From Macrostomum lignano (Eukaryota): a stretch of DNA of 64,000 nt. The notes beneath the pieces are model-generated. The model was not told the DNA's origin, ran no database searches, and was given only the letters and a program-made list of their open reading frames with translations. The stretch's first letter is position 1; the number at the start of each line of letters is the position of its first letter. Positions 47,185 through 60,699 of the stretch are shown one piece after another. The position numbers and the translations under genes were made by a program. The stretch is from the NCBI GenBank assembly GCA_002269645.1, contig NIVC01001846.1, positions 20,573 through 84,572 on the forward strand, given 5' to 3'.

Positions 47185-47326
47185 GCAATGAGTAGCATGC
47201 AGTTCAACATAGCGCTTAGTTACTCTCTTCTTCCACATTCCTTTGTATGTACAATACATACCCGCGCCACAGAGCATATTGCACTGATTGTACATAAATT
47301 GCATTCTCCGTTTTATTTATAGATTT

Positions 47327-47332
47327 AATAAA
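47327..47332 (+). terminator. Candidate PLK4 polyadenylation signal AATAAA
   Basis: About 140 nt after the stop, followed by T/G-rich sequence. Confidence 0.5.
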
Positions 47333-47599
47333 TCAACTCTGTGCTCTGTCAATTTTATTAGTCTAATTAACTAGCTTGTCCGCTCATAATTATGTACAAA
47401 AATGCAATATAAGCATTCAACTATTCAAATTTGTAACTTCAATTTTCCAATTTTTCCTAGCCTCTTAATAAAAATTCAGAGACAACAAAATGTGAATAAC
47501 TGCGCTGTTCAAGGCCAATTAAATCAATAACCTTGCACTGATTCCAGTTATTCAGTTTTTACGAAAATCAAAAATTAGCAACGAATTTTCAGTTTGCTT

Positions 47600-48330
47600 C
47601 TCCTATCACTCATATCTCCCTTCTGTACCCTCTGTACTTTCTGTACCCTCTCTCCCCTCTGTACCCTCTATACCCTCTGTACCCTCTCTACCCTCTGTAC
47701 CCTCTCTACCCTCTGTACCCTCTCTCCCCTCTGTACCCTCTCTACCCTCTGTACCCTCTCTACCCTCTGTACCCTCTCTCCCCTCTGTACCCTCTCTCCC
47801 CTCTGTACCCTCTCTACCCTCTGTACCCTCTGTACCCTCTCTAACCTCTGTACCCTCTCTATCTTCTGTACCCTCTCTACCCTCTGTACCCTCCGTACCC
47901 TCTGTACCCTCCGTACCCTCTGTACACTCTCTGCCCTTTCTATCCTCTATTCCCTCTGTACCCCGTAGCCTCTCTACCCTCTGTACCCTCTCTACCCTCT
48001 GTACCCTCCGTACCCTCTGTACACTCTCTGCCTTTTCTACCCTCTTTTCCCTCTGTACCCTCTCTACCCTCTGTACCCTCTCTACCCTCTGTACCCTCTG
48101 TACCCTCTCTAACCTCTGTACCCTCTCTATCTTCTGTACCCTCTCTACCCTCTGTACCCTCTCTACCCTCTGTACCCTCCGTACCCTCTGTACACTCTCT
48201 GCCCTTTCTATCCTCTATTCCCTCTGTACCCCGTAGCCTCTCTACCCTCTGTACCCTCTCTACCCTCTGTACCCTCTCTACCCTCTGTACCCTCTCTACC
48301 CTCTGTATACCCTCTGTACCATCTGTACCA
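47600..48330. repeat. Pyrimidine-rich minisatellite (TCTACCCTCTGTACCCTC)
   Basis: Directly visible tandem units. Confidence 0.95.
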
Positions 48331-50934
48331 TATGTATCCTTTCTCCCTCTCCACTCGCCATTCTTCCAGTCTCAATAAAAAGCTCATCTCCATCTAATCT
48401 CACAGGCAGTCTTATTCTGCCTTAATTAGCCAACAATCGCCCCACATCATGAACTTCATGAACCATTTAAATCTTATCAGTCAGCGCTAATCTTTCGCAC
48501 CAACTGCGAGAAACCCAATCTCAGTAAGGCAGAGAAATGGAGAGCGATTTTTGAGAAACTAATCTCTACCAAAGGTATTGCGCAGTCCCTCTTACAGAAA
48601 GTCGTCAAATACGCGGTTTAGAAGTGGCCCTCGATGCAGATAAGAAGGACAATTGAAAAAGTCGCTTTAAACCAGTGCAGAATGTGTTTGTGATTGACGT
48701 CAGAGCGTTTGGATGCGTAATATTTGTTAACTGCTCGGTCGAAATCCGAGACCGAATATGGATTGTGTCAGAGAAAGAAATAGACTTAACTAAAATGTGT
48801 AACACACATTGCATTCTCAACAATAGATATCTTGTATGTATAAAATTTTTCTATAGCAATAAAAAACTTTGAGCACAATTTGACTGCAGGTTACACTGCA
48901 GGCCCTGGAAACAGTGCGTAAGAAGACTTGTTTCCTTCCATCTTCTTTCCCACTATAATTAGGCAAATCAAGATTGAATAGATTGAATAGTCACATTACG
49001 GTCCCGCAGTCACTGTCACCCATTGTGACCCTGTGATTAGGACTATAGTGGACACGGTCTGGCAGCTACAGTTGAAAAAATCCAAGTAGTCCTAGCAACC
49101 GCAATGATGATTCGTTCAGCTTCTATAGTAATGTCATTGTTTCATGTTTTAATAAACACCTCAGTGCAATCTGTGTGCATTGTACAAAATCACGCAGCCA
49201 TATCCGGAGCTACTATATTCGAATTTTTAAAGCTGTGCTAATTTTTCGAATAAGAACAGATTTATTGCCAGTTAATATTGACCCCACCTGCCTTAGATAC
49301 AGGCGAAGTTTCAACTCCAGTCGAATGCCGATATTGTTTATTATATACTAAACTTTTTATAGGCTGTTACGCAATACTTTCTTAGAACTGATATCCTTAT
49401 GGAATTTACTGCCTGATACGAGAGAGATATTGTGCGGGGACTGGGGGCGAACATGTGGCTGACTGCAAGTGCCGAGTCCAAGGCTAGTATACCATTGTTT
49501 GAAATAAATAGGAAAGTGTGAAACTGGAAAAAAACTTTAAATTGTGCTTTTTTCATAATCCACGGGTTTTTCAAGTTGTTTGACGGCTATCCGAGGCGGG
49601 CAGGTGGAACTCTCAACATGTTTGAAACGGACGGATATCCAAAAACATTCAGTGTCAGTTCCCACCCGCATGTGTAGATGAGCATCTTTCTAAATCCAGC
49701 TCGAGAACCAGCAGATGTCAGATAGGGACTCAGCGCATGCAATGTACATAAAAATCCATTAGATTCCTCCTCATCCGCAATCCGGTCTCAGTTTCACGGT
49801 CCATCGATTTATCATCAGTACGTCAGATCAGCGAGTTTTTGACAGGCAGCTGACCAACCGAAGCGGGCGGGGAGGGCGATAAACTGGAAGGCCGAGACCC
49901 AGCGTGGGAAGGATGCTCGGCTGAGCACACACCCACACCCGATTCGGTCGCTAAGGGGTCAGTTTCAAGCTGAAGCTCCACCGCGACCCGCCTTGGCGAC
50001 AGACACACGCTATGTGTAGAAGTCAGATCGGAGTCGAGATCCCAGAGTCGCCCCCCTTCATCAATCAACTGAGATCGACTGACTCGCCCTTCCATACATT
50101 GCGGTCTTTGTTGTTTGTGGTCAGTTTCTCCCCGATCACGGCTATGCTCAATACTTGTCTTTGTGCCCCAGCCTCTGCCTGGCTTCATCAAATATTCCCT
50201 CATCAGCCTCACTTTTTTACGATTCAAATTCTCCCTTCCCCCCGCTCGCCACTTGAGCTTCGGCATAAAAATTCCCATGGGAAGAGCGAAAAAGGCCAAC
50301 CAGTCTCAAACTTAGATTCTCCCAAAGTCGTTTGCGAACAATTCCCTCCTGATTATTGATCAGAAAAAAATTTCAACTGAAATTATCCGCAAAGTTTGTC
50401 AAAGTTGCATAAAATTAGCCAGCAATATTCACCGTTCCAGCATCCTTTTATTCATTCATTCGTCATCGTCTCTGATGCCTGAGCAGATGCGTCCACAGGT
50501 GTCAATGGGGCGTTGAAAAAATAAGATAATTACCCATCCCCCCCGAAGTCTTCTAAAGAAGTCAACGCCAACAACCTGCTCGCGCATAAAAAGTCATAAA
50601 TTTTGTGAATATTGTTAAGAAAAGGCAAAATGTGACAATGGAACTCGGGGGGGGGGGCGGCGAAAGGACCCACTTATTTCCGATAAAAATGCTCCATCAT
50701 TCTTGTCTGAAGGGGAGGACCCGTTAAGCCAGAAAAAGTCAATCAGGAAAAGAAGGTGCGAATTCGAGTTTTTCTCCAAGAAGAGTTTCAATAATTTTTT
50801 TCTTCCATTTTCACGCACCGCGGGTGGGGTGCGAACTGCGGGGGGAGCAGGTGCGGCTGCTGGGCTGGTGGTTGAAACTGAGACTGAAGTCGGCTTCAAG
50901 TGGCATGCGGCATATGGGAGACAGGAGCGAGAAT

Positions 50935-51540
50935 GTAGGGGAGTGGAGTAGAGTAGAGTAGAGTAGAGTAGAGGGGAGAGAGTAGATAGGAGAGTAGATG
51001 GGAGAGAGAAGAGAGGGAGAAACTAGAGAGGGGAGAGAGTAGAGTGAAGAGAGTAGAGCGGAGAGAGTTAGATTGGAGAGAGTACAGTGAAGAGAGTAGA
51101 GCGGAGAGAGTAGATTGGAGAGAGTACAGTGAAGAGAGTAGAGCGGAGAGAGTAGATTGGAGAGAGTACAGTGAAGAGAGTAGAGCGGAGAGAGTAGATT
51201 GGAGAGAGTACAGTGAAGAGAGTAGAGCGGAGAGAGTAGATTGGAGAGAGTACAGTGAAGAGAGTAGAGCGGAGAGAGTAGATTGGAGAGAGTAGAATGA
51301 AGAGAGTAGAGCGGAGAGAGTAGATTGGAGAGAGTAGAGGGAAGAGAGTAGATGGGAGAGAGTAGATGGGAGAGAGTAGATGATAAAGATAGAGAGTAGA
51401 TGGGGAAGAGTGTAGGAGAGAGTAGAGTGGAGAGAGTAGAAGAAAGAGTATATATGGGAGAGAGTCGAGGGAGAGAGAAAAGGGGAGAGAGTAGATAGTA
51501 GGGAGTAGAGGAGAGAAAGTAGATGAGAGTAAGTAGAGGG
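50935..51540. repeat. Purine-rich GAGAGTAGA-type satellite with a 42-bp higher-order core
   Basis: Directly visible tandem units. Confidence 0.92.
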
Positions 51541-52009
51541 CAGAAGAAAATGCGCGAACAGCATGGCAATGAAGTCAGCTGACAGACCACAGCAAGCCAT
51601 TGGAGTCCTGCTCAAGCGCGATGAAGCACTGACCCTGACCCGCTGCACTTCACAGTTGGTCTTTGCACGCAAAAACTTGATTCAGAACTGAATGAAATCA
51701 AAGCCAGTCGCACGCAATTCTGTATCAAAACTTAAAATGTACATGTAGCTGTAAAACTTGAAGAATTTTAAACTCGAACTCATACAACACTGGCCTTGAG
51801 GGCGTTTTGGGTGCGCAGGCAAAGTGGCGGGCTGCCTTCTCTTTGGAGTTAATTTCATTTTTATTCGCCATTTTTAATCGACTTCGTGTGAAATCTGCGG
51901 GTAGGCCAAGGATATCGTGAAAGAGAATCTGGATTGCTTACTCAAATCAAAAGCTTTATTTTCAACTTTTAGTCAAAATAGGTACATTGGGGTTGAAACT
52001 AGAATATTC

Positions 52010-53490
52010 ACAAACTAGAATCTTGACAAACTAGCATCTTCACAAAATAGAATCTTCACAAACTAGCATCTTCACAAAATAGAATCTTCACAAACTAGAA
52101 TATTGACAAACTAGCATCTTCACAAAATAGAATCTTCACAAACTAGCATCTTCACAAAATAGAATCTTCACAAACTAGAATATTGACAAACTAGCATCTT
52201 CACAAAATAGAATCTTCACAAACTAGAATATTGACAAACTAGCATCTTCACAAAATAGAATCTTCACAAACTAGCATCTTCACAAAATAGAATCTTCACA
52301 AACTAGCATCTTCACAAACTAGCATCTTCACAAAATAGAATCTTCACAAACTAGCATCTTCACAAAATAGAATCTTCACAAACTAGCATCTTCACAAACT
52401 AGCATCTTCACAAAATAGAATCTTCACAAACTAGCATCTTCACAAACTAGCATCTTCACAAAATAGAATCTTCACAAACTAGCATCTTCACAAAATAGAA
52501 TCTTCACAAACTAGCATCTTCACAAAATAGAATCTTCACAAACTAGCATCTTCACAAAATAGAATCTTCACAAACTAGCATCTTCACAAACTAGCATCTT
52601 CACAAAATAGAATCTTCACAAACTAGCATCTTCACAAAATATAATCTTCACCAACCATAGAATCTTCACAAACCATAGAATCCTCACAAACCATAGAATC
52701 TTCACAAACCATAGAAGCTTCACAAACCATAGAAGCTTCACAAACCATAGAATCTTCAGAAACCATATAAGCTTCACAAACCATAGAATCTTCACAAACC
52801 ATAGAATCTTCACAAACCATATAAGCTTCACAAACCATAGAATCTTCACAAATATAGAATCTTCAGAAACCATAGAATCTTCAGAAACCATAGAATCTTC
52901 ACAAACCATAGAATCTTCAACAGCCATAGAATCTTCACAAACCATAGAATCTTCACAAACCATAGAATCTTCACAAACCATAGAATCTTCACAAACCATA
53001 TAAGCTTCACAAACCATAGAATCTTCACAAACAATAGAATCTTCAGAAACCATAGAATCTTCAGAAACCATAGAATCTTCACAAACCATAGAATCTTCAA
53101 CAGCCATAGAATCTTCACAAACCATAGAATCTTCACAAACCATAGAATCTTCACAAACCATAGAATCTTCACAAACCATAGAATCTTCACAAACCATAGA
53201 ATCTTCAGAAAACCATAGAATCTTCAGAAAACCATAGAAGCTTCACAAACCATAGAATCTTCACAAACAATAGAAGCTTCACAAACCATAGAATCTTCAC
53301 AAACAATAGAATCTTCACAAACCATAGAATCTTCACAAACAATAGAATCTTCACAAACCATAGAATCTTCACAAACCATAGAATCTTCACAAACCATAGA
53401 ATCTTCAACAGCCATAGAATCTTCACAAACCATAGAATCTTCAGAAAGCCATAGAATCTTCACAAAGTAGAATCTTCACAAACTAGAGTC
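52010..53490. repeat. Compound minisatellite: 16-bp domain (CACAAACTAGCATCTT / CACAAAATAGAATCTT) and 18-bp domain (CACAAACCATAGAATCTT)
   Basis: Directly visible tandem units. Confidence 0.95.
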
Positions 53491-54219
53491 TTCCTGAATA
53501 AGTGTAGATAAATTTAGTAAAAACGGCATAACAAAGTCATTTGTCCAGATTCTTGTATCGAGGACTCCATGGATGAGGTTTAGCGGGTAGCAGTGGCCGC
53601 CAGGTGGACTCCAGAGGTTGGGGTGGCCAGTCAAGTGACCCACCAGCAGAGTTGAGTGGCCCTGAGCACCCGCCCGCAGCCGCAGCCGTTAAAATATTTT
53701 TAAGTAGAGTTTTAAACGCGTGCGGGCGGGCGGAGGGCCACTCAACGTGTGGTGGGTTAGCCTAAAAAGCAAACAAAACACAGAAAGTCACTCAGAAGAA
53801 ATTCAATCGATTGCGGATGAGGCAACTGACCATTGTCTCCGCTTCTCTACCATTATTATTCAACCCTTAATGGTGTGTTTACAGTGCACTGGCGGCTTGA
53901 GCCTGATTGCGCACTCTGTTAGGATCACTGTTGCACTTGCGCAATAAACTTCAAAGCAATGACTGGCCGGCGGATTAAAAACCCCTCCCTCCTCGTGCTC
54001 TCAAGTCATTCACCAAGCTGTGTGTTGTTGTTAAAATATCTTTATTAACCCATCTGTTAGAGTGAAATGGAGAGCTTTGTGGCATAAGGTCAAGTGCCGC
54101 TGGCTTTCTCTCCCCGTCTCCTTTCTCGGCCTCTCAAACAGTTTGAAGTGACCTGTTCAAGACTTGGCAGGGTTTTTAAATGCTGACTTTGACCATCTCC
54201 GCCATTTGTTGAAAAATAC

Positions 54220-55270
54220 CTCAATCTGTGTACCTGAATCTGTGTACCTCGATCTGTGTATCTCGATCTGTGTATCTCGATCTGTGTACCTCAATCTGTG
54301 TACCTCAATCTGTGTACCTCAATCTGTGTACCTCAATCTGTGTATCTCGATCTGTGTATCTCGATCTGTGTACCTCAATCTGTGTACCTCAATCTGTGTA
54401 CCTCAATCTGTGTACCTCAATCTGTGTACCTCAATCTGTGTACCTCGATCTGTGTATCTCGATCTGTGTATCTCGATCTGTGTATCTCGATCTGTGTATC
54501 TCGATCTGTGTACCTCAATTTGTGTACCTCAATCTGTGTACCTCAATCTGTGTACCTCAATCTGTGTACCTCAATCTGTGTACCTCAATCTCTGTGTACC
54601 TCAATCTGTGTACCTCGATCTGTGTATCTCGATCTGTGTATCTCGATCTGTGTATCTCGATCTGTGTATCTCGATCTGTGTACCTCAATTTGTGTACCTC
54701 AATCTGTGTACCTCAATCTGTGTACCTCAATCTGTGTACCTCAATCTGTGTACCTCGATCTGTGTATCTCGATCTGTGTATCTCGATCTGTGTATCTCGA
54801 TCTGTGTATCTCGATCTGTGTATCTCGATCTGTGTACCTCAATCTGTGTACCTCAATCTGTGTATCTCGATCTGTGTATCTCGATCTGTGTACCTCAATC
54901 TGTGTACCTCAATCTGTGTACCTCAATCTGTGTACCTCAATCTGTGTACCTCAATCTGTGTATCTCGATCTGTGTATCTCGATCTGTGTACCTCAATCTG
55001 TGTACCTCAATCTGTGTACCTCAATCTGTGTACCTCGATCTGTGTATCTCGATCTGTGTATCTCGATCTGTGTATCTCGATCTGTGTACCTCAATCTGTG
55101 TACCTCAATCTGTGTACCTCAATCTGTGTATCTCGATCTGTGTATCTCGATCTGTGTACCTCAATCTGTGTACCTCAATCTGTGTACCTCAATCTGTGTA
55201 CCTCAATCTGTGTCTCGATCTGTGTATCTCGATCTGTGTATCTCGATCTATGTACCGCAATCTGTGTACC
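54220..55270. repeat. 15-bp minisatellite with two interspersed variants (CTCAATCTGTGTAC/C and CTCGATCTGTGTAT)
   Basis: Directly visible tandem units. Confidence 0.97.
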
Positions 55271-55759
55271 TCAACCTTTCAACCTCAATTTGTATGCACC
55301 TCAATCTCTTCACCTCCATCTGTGTACCCAGCTTATCAAAAATCAAAGCAACTGCGCCTGATGACATTTAACCTCTCTGCAATAGTAGTCGTTTTAAAAC
55401 GTTCTCATTCTCACATATACAGGCTGATAAACTCCATTATCTAAAGCTTGTAGGCTAAGCATACCATGCAATAATTTGTTTGCCAGACTGAACAAAAATC
55501 CCAAATTATCCATGATAGGGAAGATAATAACAGTTTAACGAATTATCCAGTGAAACCGTCGTGATATCCTGGGGTTAAGAGTCAAAGGGCAAACTGAAAT
55601 CGCTGGGGTTCGAGTCATAGAGTTTTGTACAAGCAGCATCTGGTGAGTTCAATGAGTTCAGTCTCTAATATTCTCGAAATAAATTGAAGCAAGAATTCAT
55701 ATTTTATTGCTGAATACCTTCTACCAAAGCAACCAAATGGTCAATCTCGAACAGGCAAT

Positions 55760-56475
55760 AGAGGAAGATGTAGATGGGAGATAGTAGATGGGAGAGAGTA
55801 GATGAGAGAGAGTAGATGCGAGAGAGTAGATAAGAGAGTAGATAAGAGAGAGTAGATGAGATAGAGTAGAGAGGGGAGAAAGTAGAGATGGGAGAGAGTA
55901 GAGAGGAGAGAGTAGATAGGAGAGTAGATGGAAGAGAATAGATAGAAAAGTAGATGAGAGAGAGTAGATACCAGAGAGTAGATAGGAGAGTAGATGGGAG
56001 AGAGTAGATGGGATAGAGTAGAGGTGAGAAAGTAGAGAGGGGAGAGAGTACAGGGGAGAGAGTAGAGGGTAGAGAGTAGATAGAAGAGTAGATGGAAGAG
56101 TAGAGGGAGAGAATAGATAGAAGAGTAGATGAGAGAGAGTAGATGCGAGAGAGTAGATAGGAGAGTAGATGGGAGAGAGTAGATGGGATAGAGTAGAGAG
56201 GGGAGAAAGTAGAGAGGGGAGAGAGTACAGGGGAGAGAGTAGAGGGTAGAGAGTAGATAGGAGAGTAGATTGGAGAGTAGAGAGGAGAGAGTAGAGAGAA
56301 GAGATTAGATGGGAGAGTAGATAGGAGAGTAGATGGGAAAGAGTAGAGGGGAGAGAGTAGAGGGGAGAGAGTAGAGGGAGAGAGTAGGGAGGGGAGAGTA
56401 TAGGGGAGAGAGTAGAGGGGAGAGAGTAGAGGGGAGAGAGTAGAGGGGAGAGAGTAGAGGGGAAATGGTAGAGTC
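55760..56475. repeat. Purine-rich GAGAGTAGA-type satellite flanked by a 35-bp direct repeat
   Basis: Tandem units plus CCAAAGCAACCAAATG(G/A)TCAATCTCGAACAGGCAA on both sides. Confidence 0.92.
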
Positions 56476-57164
56476 CCCAAAGCAACCAAATGATCAATCT
56501 CGAACAGGCAAATCCACAATCAAAAGCAGAGCCATCGTCAAGACAAAAACAACAGCCCAAATTGAAAATCCCTTATAATTACCCCATTGAAGAGGTTTTT
56601 TGCGTCTGGGCGCCCACATTTACTGGCGCTCGACCATAGCCGCTTGCATTTTTCTGGAAAATAAGAGGGCTCGGCGGTGGCAACCGGCGCGTCGAGAGAG
56701 AGAGAGAGAGGGAGAATAAACAGCCAGGGCTACTGGTCTACTGGAGCTTCGGAGACTTATGAAACTGAGGCGGGGGATGAAGAAGGATAGAAACCTCTGA
56801 GCAGCTTCCTTTGTCTCTGACTCCCCTCTCCGTGTCTTTATTCCCTAAGGGTTTGGGTCGGGGGTGATTTTCGGGCACAGCTCTTGAAGTTGTTTGGCCA
56901 GCGCCGCTCAATGACACTCACAGAGAGCTGCTTCATAACCCCGGAGGCTGGGCCAAGCTTCCTCTAAAAGCTGTTAAGAGCTGAAGGTATTTTACTACGA
57001 ATATAAGGGTATTTGTGCGAGAGAACAATGCAGGTGTAGAGAGTCTTTGTCTTGTCTCGTAGCGACCAGTTTGAGGGATTGAAGCGAACTCGCATTTTTT
57101 CGTACAGATATTGCAAATGGAATAAAATGCACCGAATAAATTAGAAAAAATATTGAAGGAGGGA

Positions 57165-57187
57165 TGAGAGGAGAGGGAGATGGAGGA

Positions 57188-57260
<73 letters not shown>

Positions 57261-57770
57261 GGAGATGGAGAGGAGGAGAGAGGGAGATGGAGAGGGAGAG
57301 AGAGAGGGAGATGGAGGAGAGGGAGAGGAGAGAGAGGAGATTAAGAGGAGAGAGATGGAGAGGAGGAGATGTAGAGAGGAGAGAGATGAGCTCGTAGAGG
57401 GAGAGAGATGTAGCTCGTAGAGGAGAGAGATGTAGCTCGTAGAGGGAGAGAGATGTAGCTCGTAGAGGGAGAGAGATGTAGCTCGTAGAGGAGAGAGATG
57501 TAGCTCGTAGAGGGAGAGAGATGTAGCTCTAGAGGAGAGATTAGAGTAGAGGGAGAGAGATGTAGCTCGTAGAGGGAGAGAGATGTAGCTCATAGAGGGA
57601 GAGATGTAGAGAGAGATTAAGAGGAGAGATTAGAGGGAGAGAGATGTAGCTCGTAGAGGAGAGAGATGTAGCTCGTAGAGGGAGAGAGATGTAGCTCGTA
57701 GAGGGAGAGAGATGTAGCTCGTAGAGGAGAGAGATGTAGCTCATAGAGGGAGAGATTAAGAAGGAGGTGG
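57165..57770. repeat. (GA)n microsatellite grading into a 23-24-bp GATGTAGCTCGTAGAGGGAGAGA repeat
   Basis: Directly visible tandem units. Confidence 0.93.
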
Positions 57771-58189
57771 AGAGGTAGATAAAAGATCAGGCAGACACGA
57801 ATGAAAGCAGGAACATGCGCACAACAACACGAGTCAACAACACTAGATGAAAGTATTTTCGGTCACACCGATATTTGGCGGCCAACGTGCTCGCTCTTCT
57901 CGATCCCTTCTGGTGTCGCACGATGGGAAAACGGGCCACCACTGACGGCATTGGTTGGGCGAATATTAAATTGTGCTGCGCAATAGTTCGCTTTCATATC
58001 GAGCAGAAAAATTCAAGCAATAAATTTTATGCGAGCACGACGGAAACGTTCGGTGAGCGAGCGTGACCGGCCACCATCAAAAACTGGTGGATGTGGCCTG
58101 GAGCAGCTGCTGAGACGCCTCGGAAATTGTGGACAGCACCTTGGGCTCACGAGAGGGCCTTGGAGCGACTGGCTCACCCACTCCGCCCC

Positions 58190-58775
58190 TTCTGCTTTCT
58201 TATCCGCCCCTCTACTTTCTTATCCGCCCCTCTACTTCTCTCTCCGCTCCTCTACTTTCCCTCCCCGCTCCTCTACTTCCTTATCCGTCTCTCTACTTCC
58301 TTATCCGCTCTCTACTTCCCTATCCGCCTCTCTCCATCTCTCTCCGCTCCTCTACTTTTCTTTCCGCCCCTCTGCTTCCTTATCCGCCCCTCTACTTCCT
58401 TATCCGCCCCTCTACTTCCTTATCCGCTCTCTACTTGCTTATCCGTCTCTCTACTTCCTTATCCGCTCTCTACTTCCTATCCGCCTCTCTCCATCTCTCT
58501 CGCTCCTCTACTTTTCTTTCCGCCCTCTACTTCCTTATCCGCCCCTCTACTTCCTTATCCGCCCCTCTGCTTCCTTATCCGCCCCTCTACTTCCTTATCC
58601 GCCCCTCTACTTCCTTATCCGCTCTCTACTTGCTTATCCGTCTCTCTACTTCCTTATCGCCCCCTCTAATTTCTTTCCCCTCCTCTACTTCTCTCTCCGC
58701 TCCTCTACTTCCCTATCCGCCCCTCTACTTTCTCTCTGCCCCTCTACTTTCTCTCCGCTCCTCTACTTTTCTCCG
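58190..58775. repeat. 20-21-bp pyrimidine-rich minisatellite (TCTACTTCCTTATCCGCCCC)
   Basis: Directly visible tandem units. Confidence 0.93.
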
Positions 58776-59384
58776 TTTCCCTAAGCTCTGTTGCCATGCG
58801 GGTTCGCCTGGACGTGCAACTTTAGTTGATGAAAACTGATAATTTCAGCAAAATTGTAGAAAACAGGCAGCAATTCGGGAACACGTGCGTCCGGCAATTA
58901 CTCGTCCTGCAATCGGGACTCCGCAGGACTCTGCCTGACAATGGGGGGGGATCCTGGAGACACCTGAAACCCGATAAGAGATGCTGGTACTCCGAACTAG
59001 CTCCATCCTCAGTTCCAACACTCTTTCGACTCGCCGGCACACCTTCAGTCAGTTTTATTGCAGACAAGCTTGCCCTAGCAACGCGGCGTGACCTGAGCTC
59101 AGAAATCAGAAGAAGAAGCAGGGTAATTTGCCGTTATGCTGACTCAAATTTAACCCATAGAGATCTGGCGGATGAAAAACTCTGATATGAAAAAAAGTGT
59201 TTTGAACTATAATTTGTTTCCTAGATAAAAAATCGAAGACATTAGAGACGTTTTGTATCGTCTGCGGTCTGCTTGAGGCCTTCTGTTGACGAACTTTTTC
59301 ATGTCAACGATTTCTTTGTTAACCAGTGGGTCCGGTTTCTCAATGATTTGCTTTGGCACATTCGATGGACAAAGTGGCACTCGA

Positions 59385-60000
59385 ATATGAGAAATGGCGC
59401 TGTAGATCTGAGAAATGGCGCCTCGGATCTGAGAAATGGCGCTGTAGATCTGAGAACTGGTGGTTTGGATCTGAGAAATGGTGGTTTGGATCTGAGAAAT
59501 GGCGCTTTGGATCTGAGAAATGGCGCTTTGGGTATGAGAAATGGCGCTCAGGATCTGAGAAATGGTGCTCGGATCTGAGAAATGGCGCTTTGGGTATGAG
59601 GAGTGGCGCTTTGGGTATGAAAAATGGCGCTTAGAATCTAAGAAATGGCGCCTCGGATCTGAGAAATGGCGCTGTAGATCTGATTAATGGCGCTTCGGAT
59701 CTGAAACTGGTGGTTTGGATCTGAGAACTGGCGCTGTAGATCTGAGAAATGGCGCTTCGGATCTGAGAAATGGCGCTTCGGATCTGAGAAATGGCGCTTC
59801 GGATCTGAGAAATGGCGCTTCGAATCGGAGAAATGGCGCTTCGGATCTGAGAAATGGCGCTTCGGATCTGAGAAATGGCGCTTCGGATCTGAGAAATGGC
59901 GCTTCGGATCTGAGAAATGGCGCTTCGGATCTGAGAAATGGCGCTTTGAATTTAAGAAATGGAAATTTTACTATTAGAAATGGCACACTTGACTTGAGAA
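59385..60000. repeat. 21-bp minisatellite (GATCTGAGAAATGGCGCTTCG)
   Basis: Directly visible tandem units. Confidence 0.95.
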
Positions 60001-60699
60001 ATGGCCCTTCAAATGCTAAAATTCGCATCTGAATAATTGCAAATTTTGAATCAGTTTATACTCAATATGTTATATTTTAATTACCAGCTGTCACGTGATC
60101 GAATGAAACTGCGGATGGCCCCTTCCTTCATATCGCCTTTATCTTCGCATAATTCTCTAGGTTGCCAAGCCAACTGCAACTACGGGTCTGCGGCGGCTAT
60201 TAATTTTCGAATAAATTCGATGACAATAAAACAAAAACGCAAATAAAAAACTCACTGAGCACAGATTTCTGAATTCGGAAGGCCCGGGTCACGTGCCTAC
60301 TTAGGCAAAAAAGCATATTGATAGTGAAATGCTGACCAAGACACAACACAATGGATGACAGGTTCTTTGCTAGTCTCATACCTTTGTTTCTCCAATGCCA
60401 CCCATTTTGGTTCTTCCTTTATTAAACTGTAATTTCCCTTAAAATTAATTCTCTTCATAGTCAGAGTATCCGCTCGCAGCATGGCCGTCTCCCACAGCTG
60501 CTCGGGTGTGAACGAACTGGTTTTTCCCACGGCCACAACAATTAAGGGAGACTGGGCGCGCCGTGCGGCCCTCTTGAAACTGGGAGGCCACAGAAAAGGT
60601 GGCAACCAATTTGCATTGATTGAAAGAAAATCTTCTTTGCCTTTCTGTTTGTCGCTCTCAACGAATGCAGTTGAATGGGGTGCCCATTCATACAACCAA

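Noticed and set aside
53592-53610. CTCF-like TGGCCGCCAGGTGGAC
   Set aside because: A single imperfect motif with no supporting context.
55560-55620. GGTTCGAGTC B-box suggesting a tRNA or SINE
   Set aside because: No A-box at proper spacing and no cloverleaf could be built.
60297-60695. 132-aa minus-strand ORF, and other short ORFs in the unique islands at 49.8-50.4, 57.8-58.2 and 58.8-59.2 kb
   Set aside because: No recognisable domain or consistent exon chain; needs RNA evidence.
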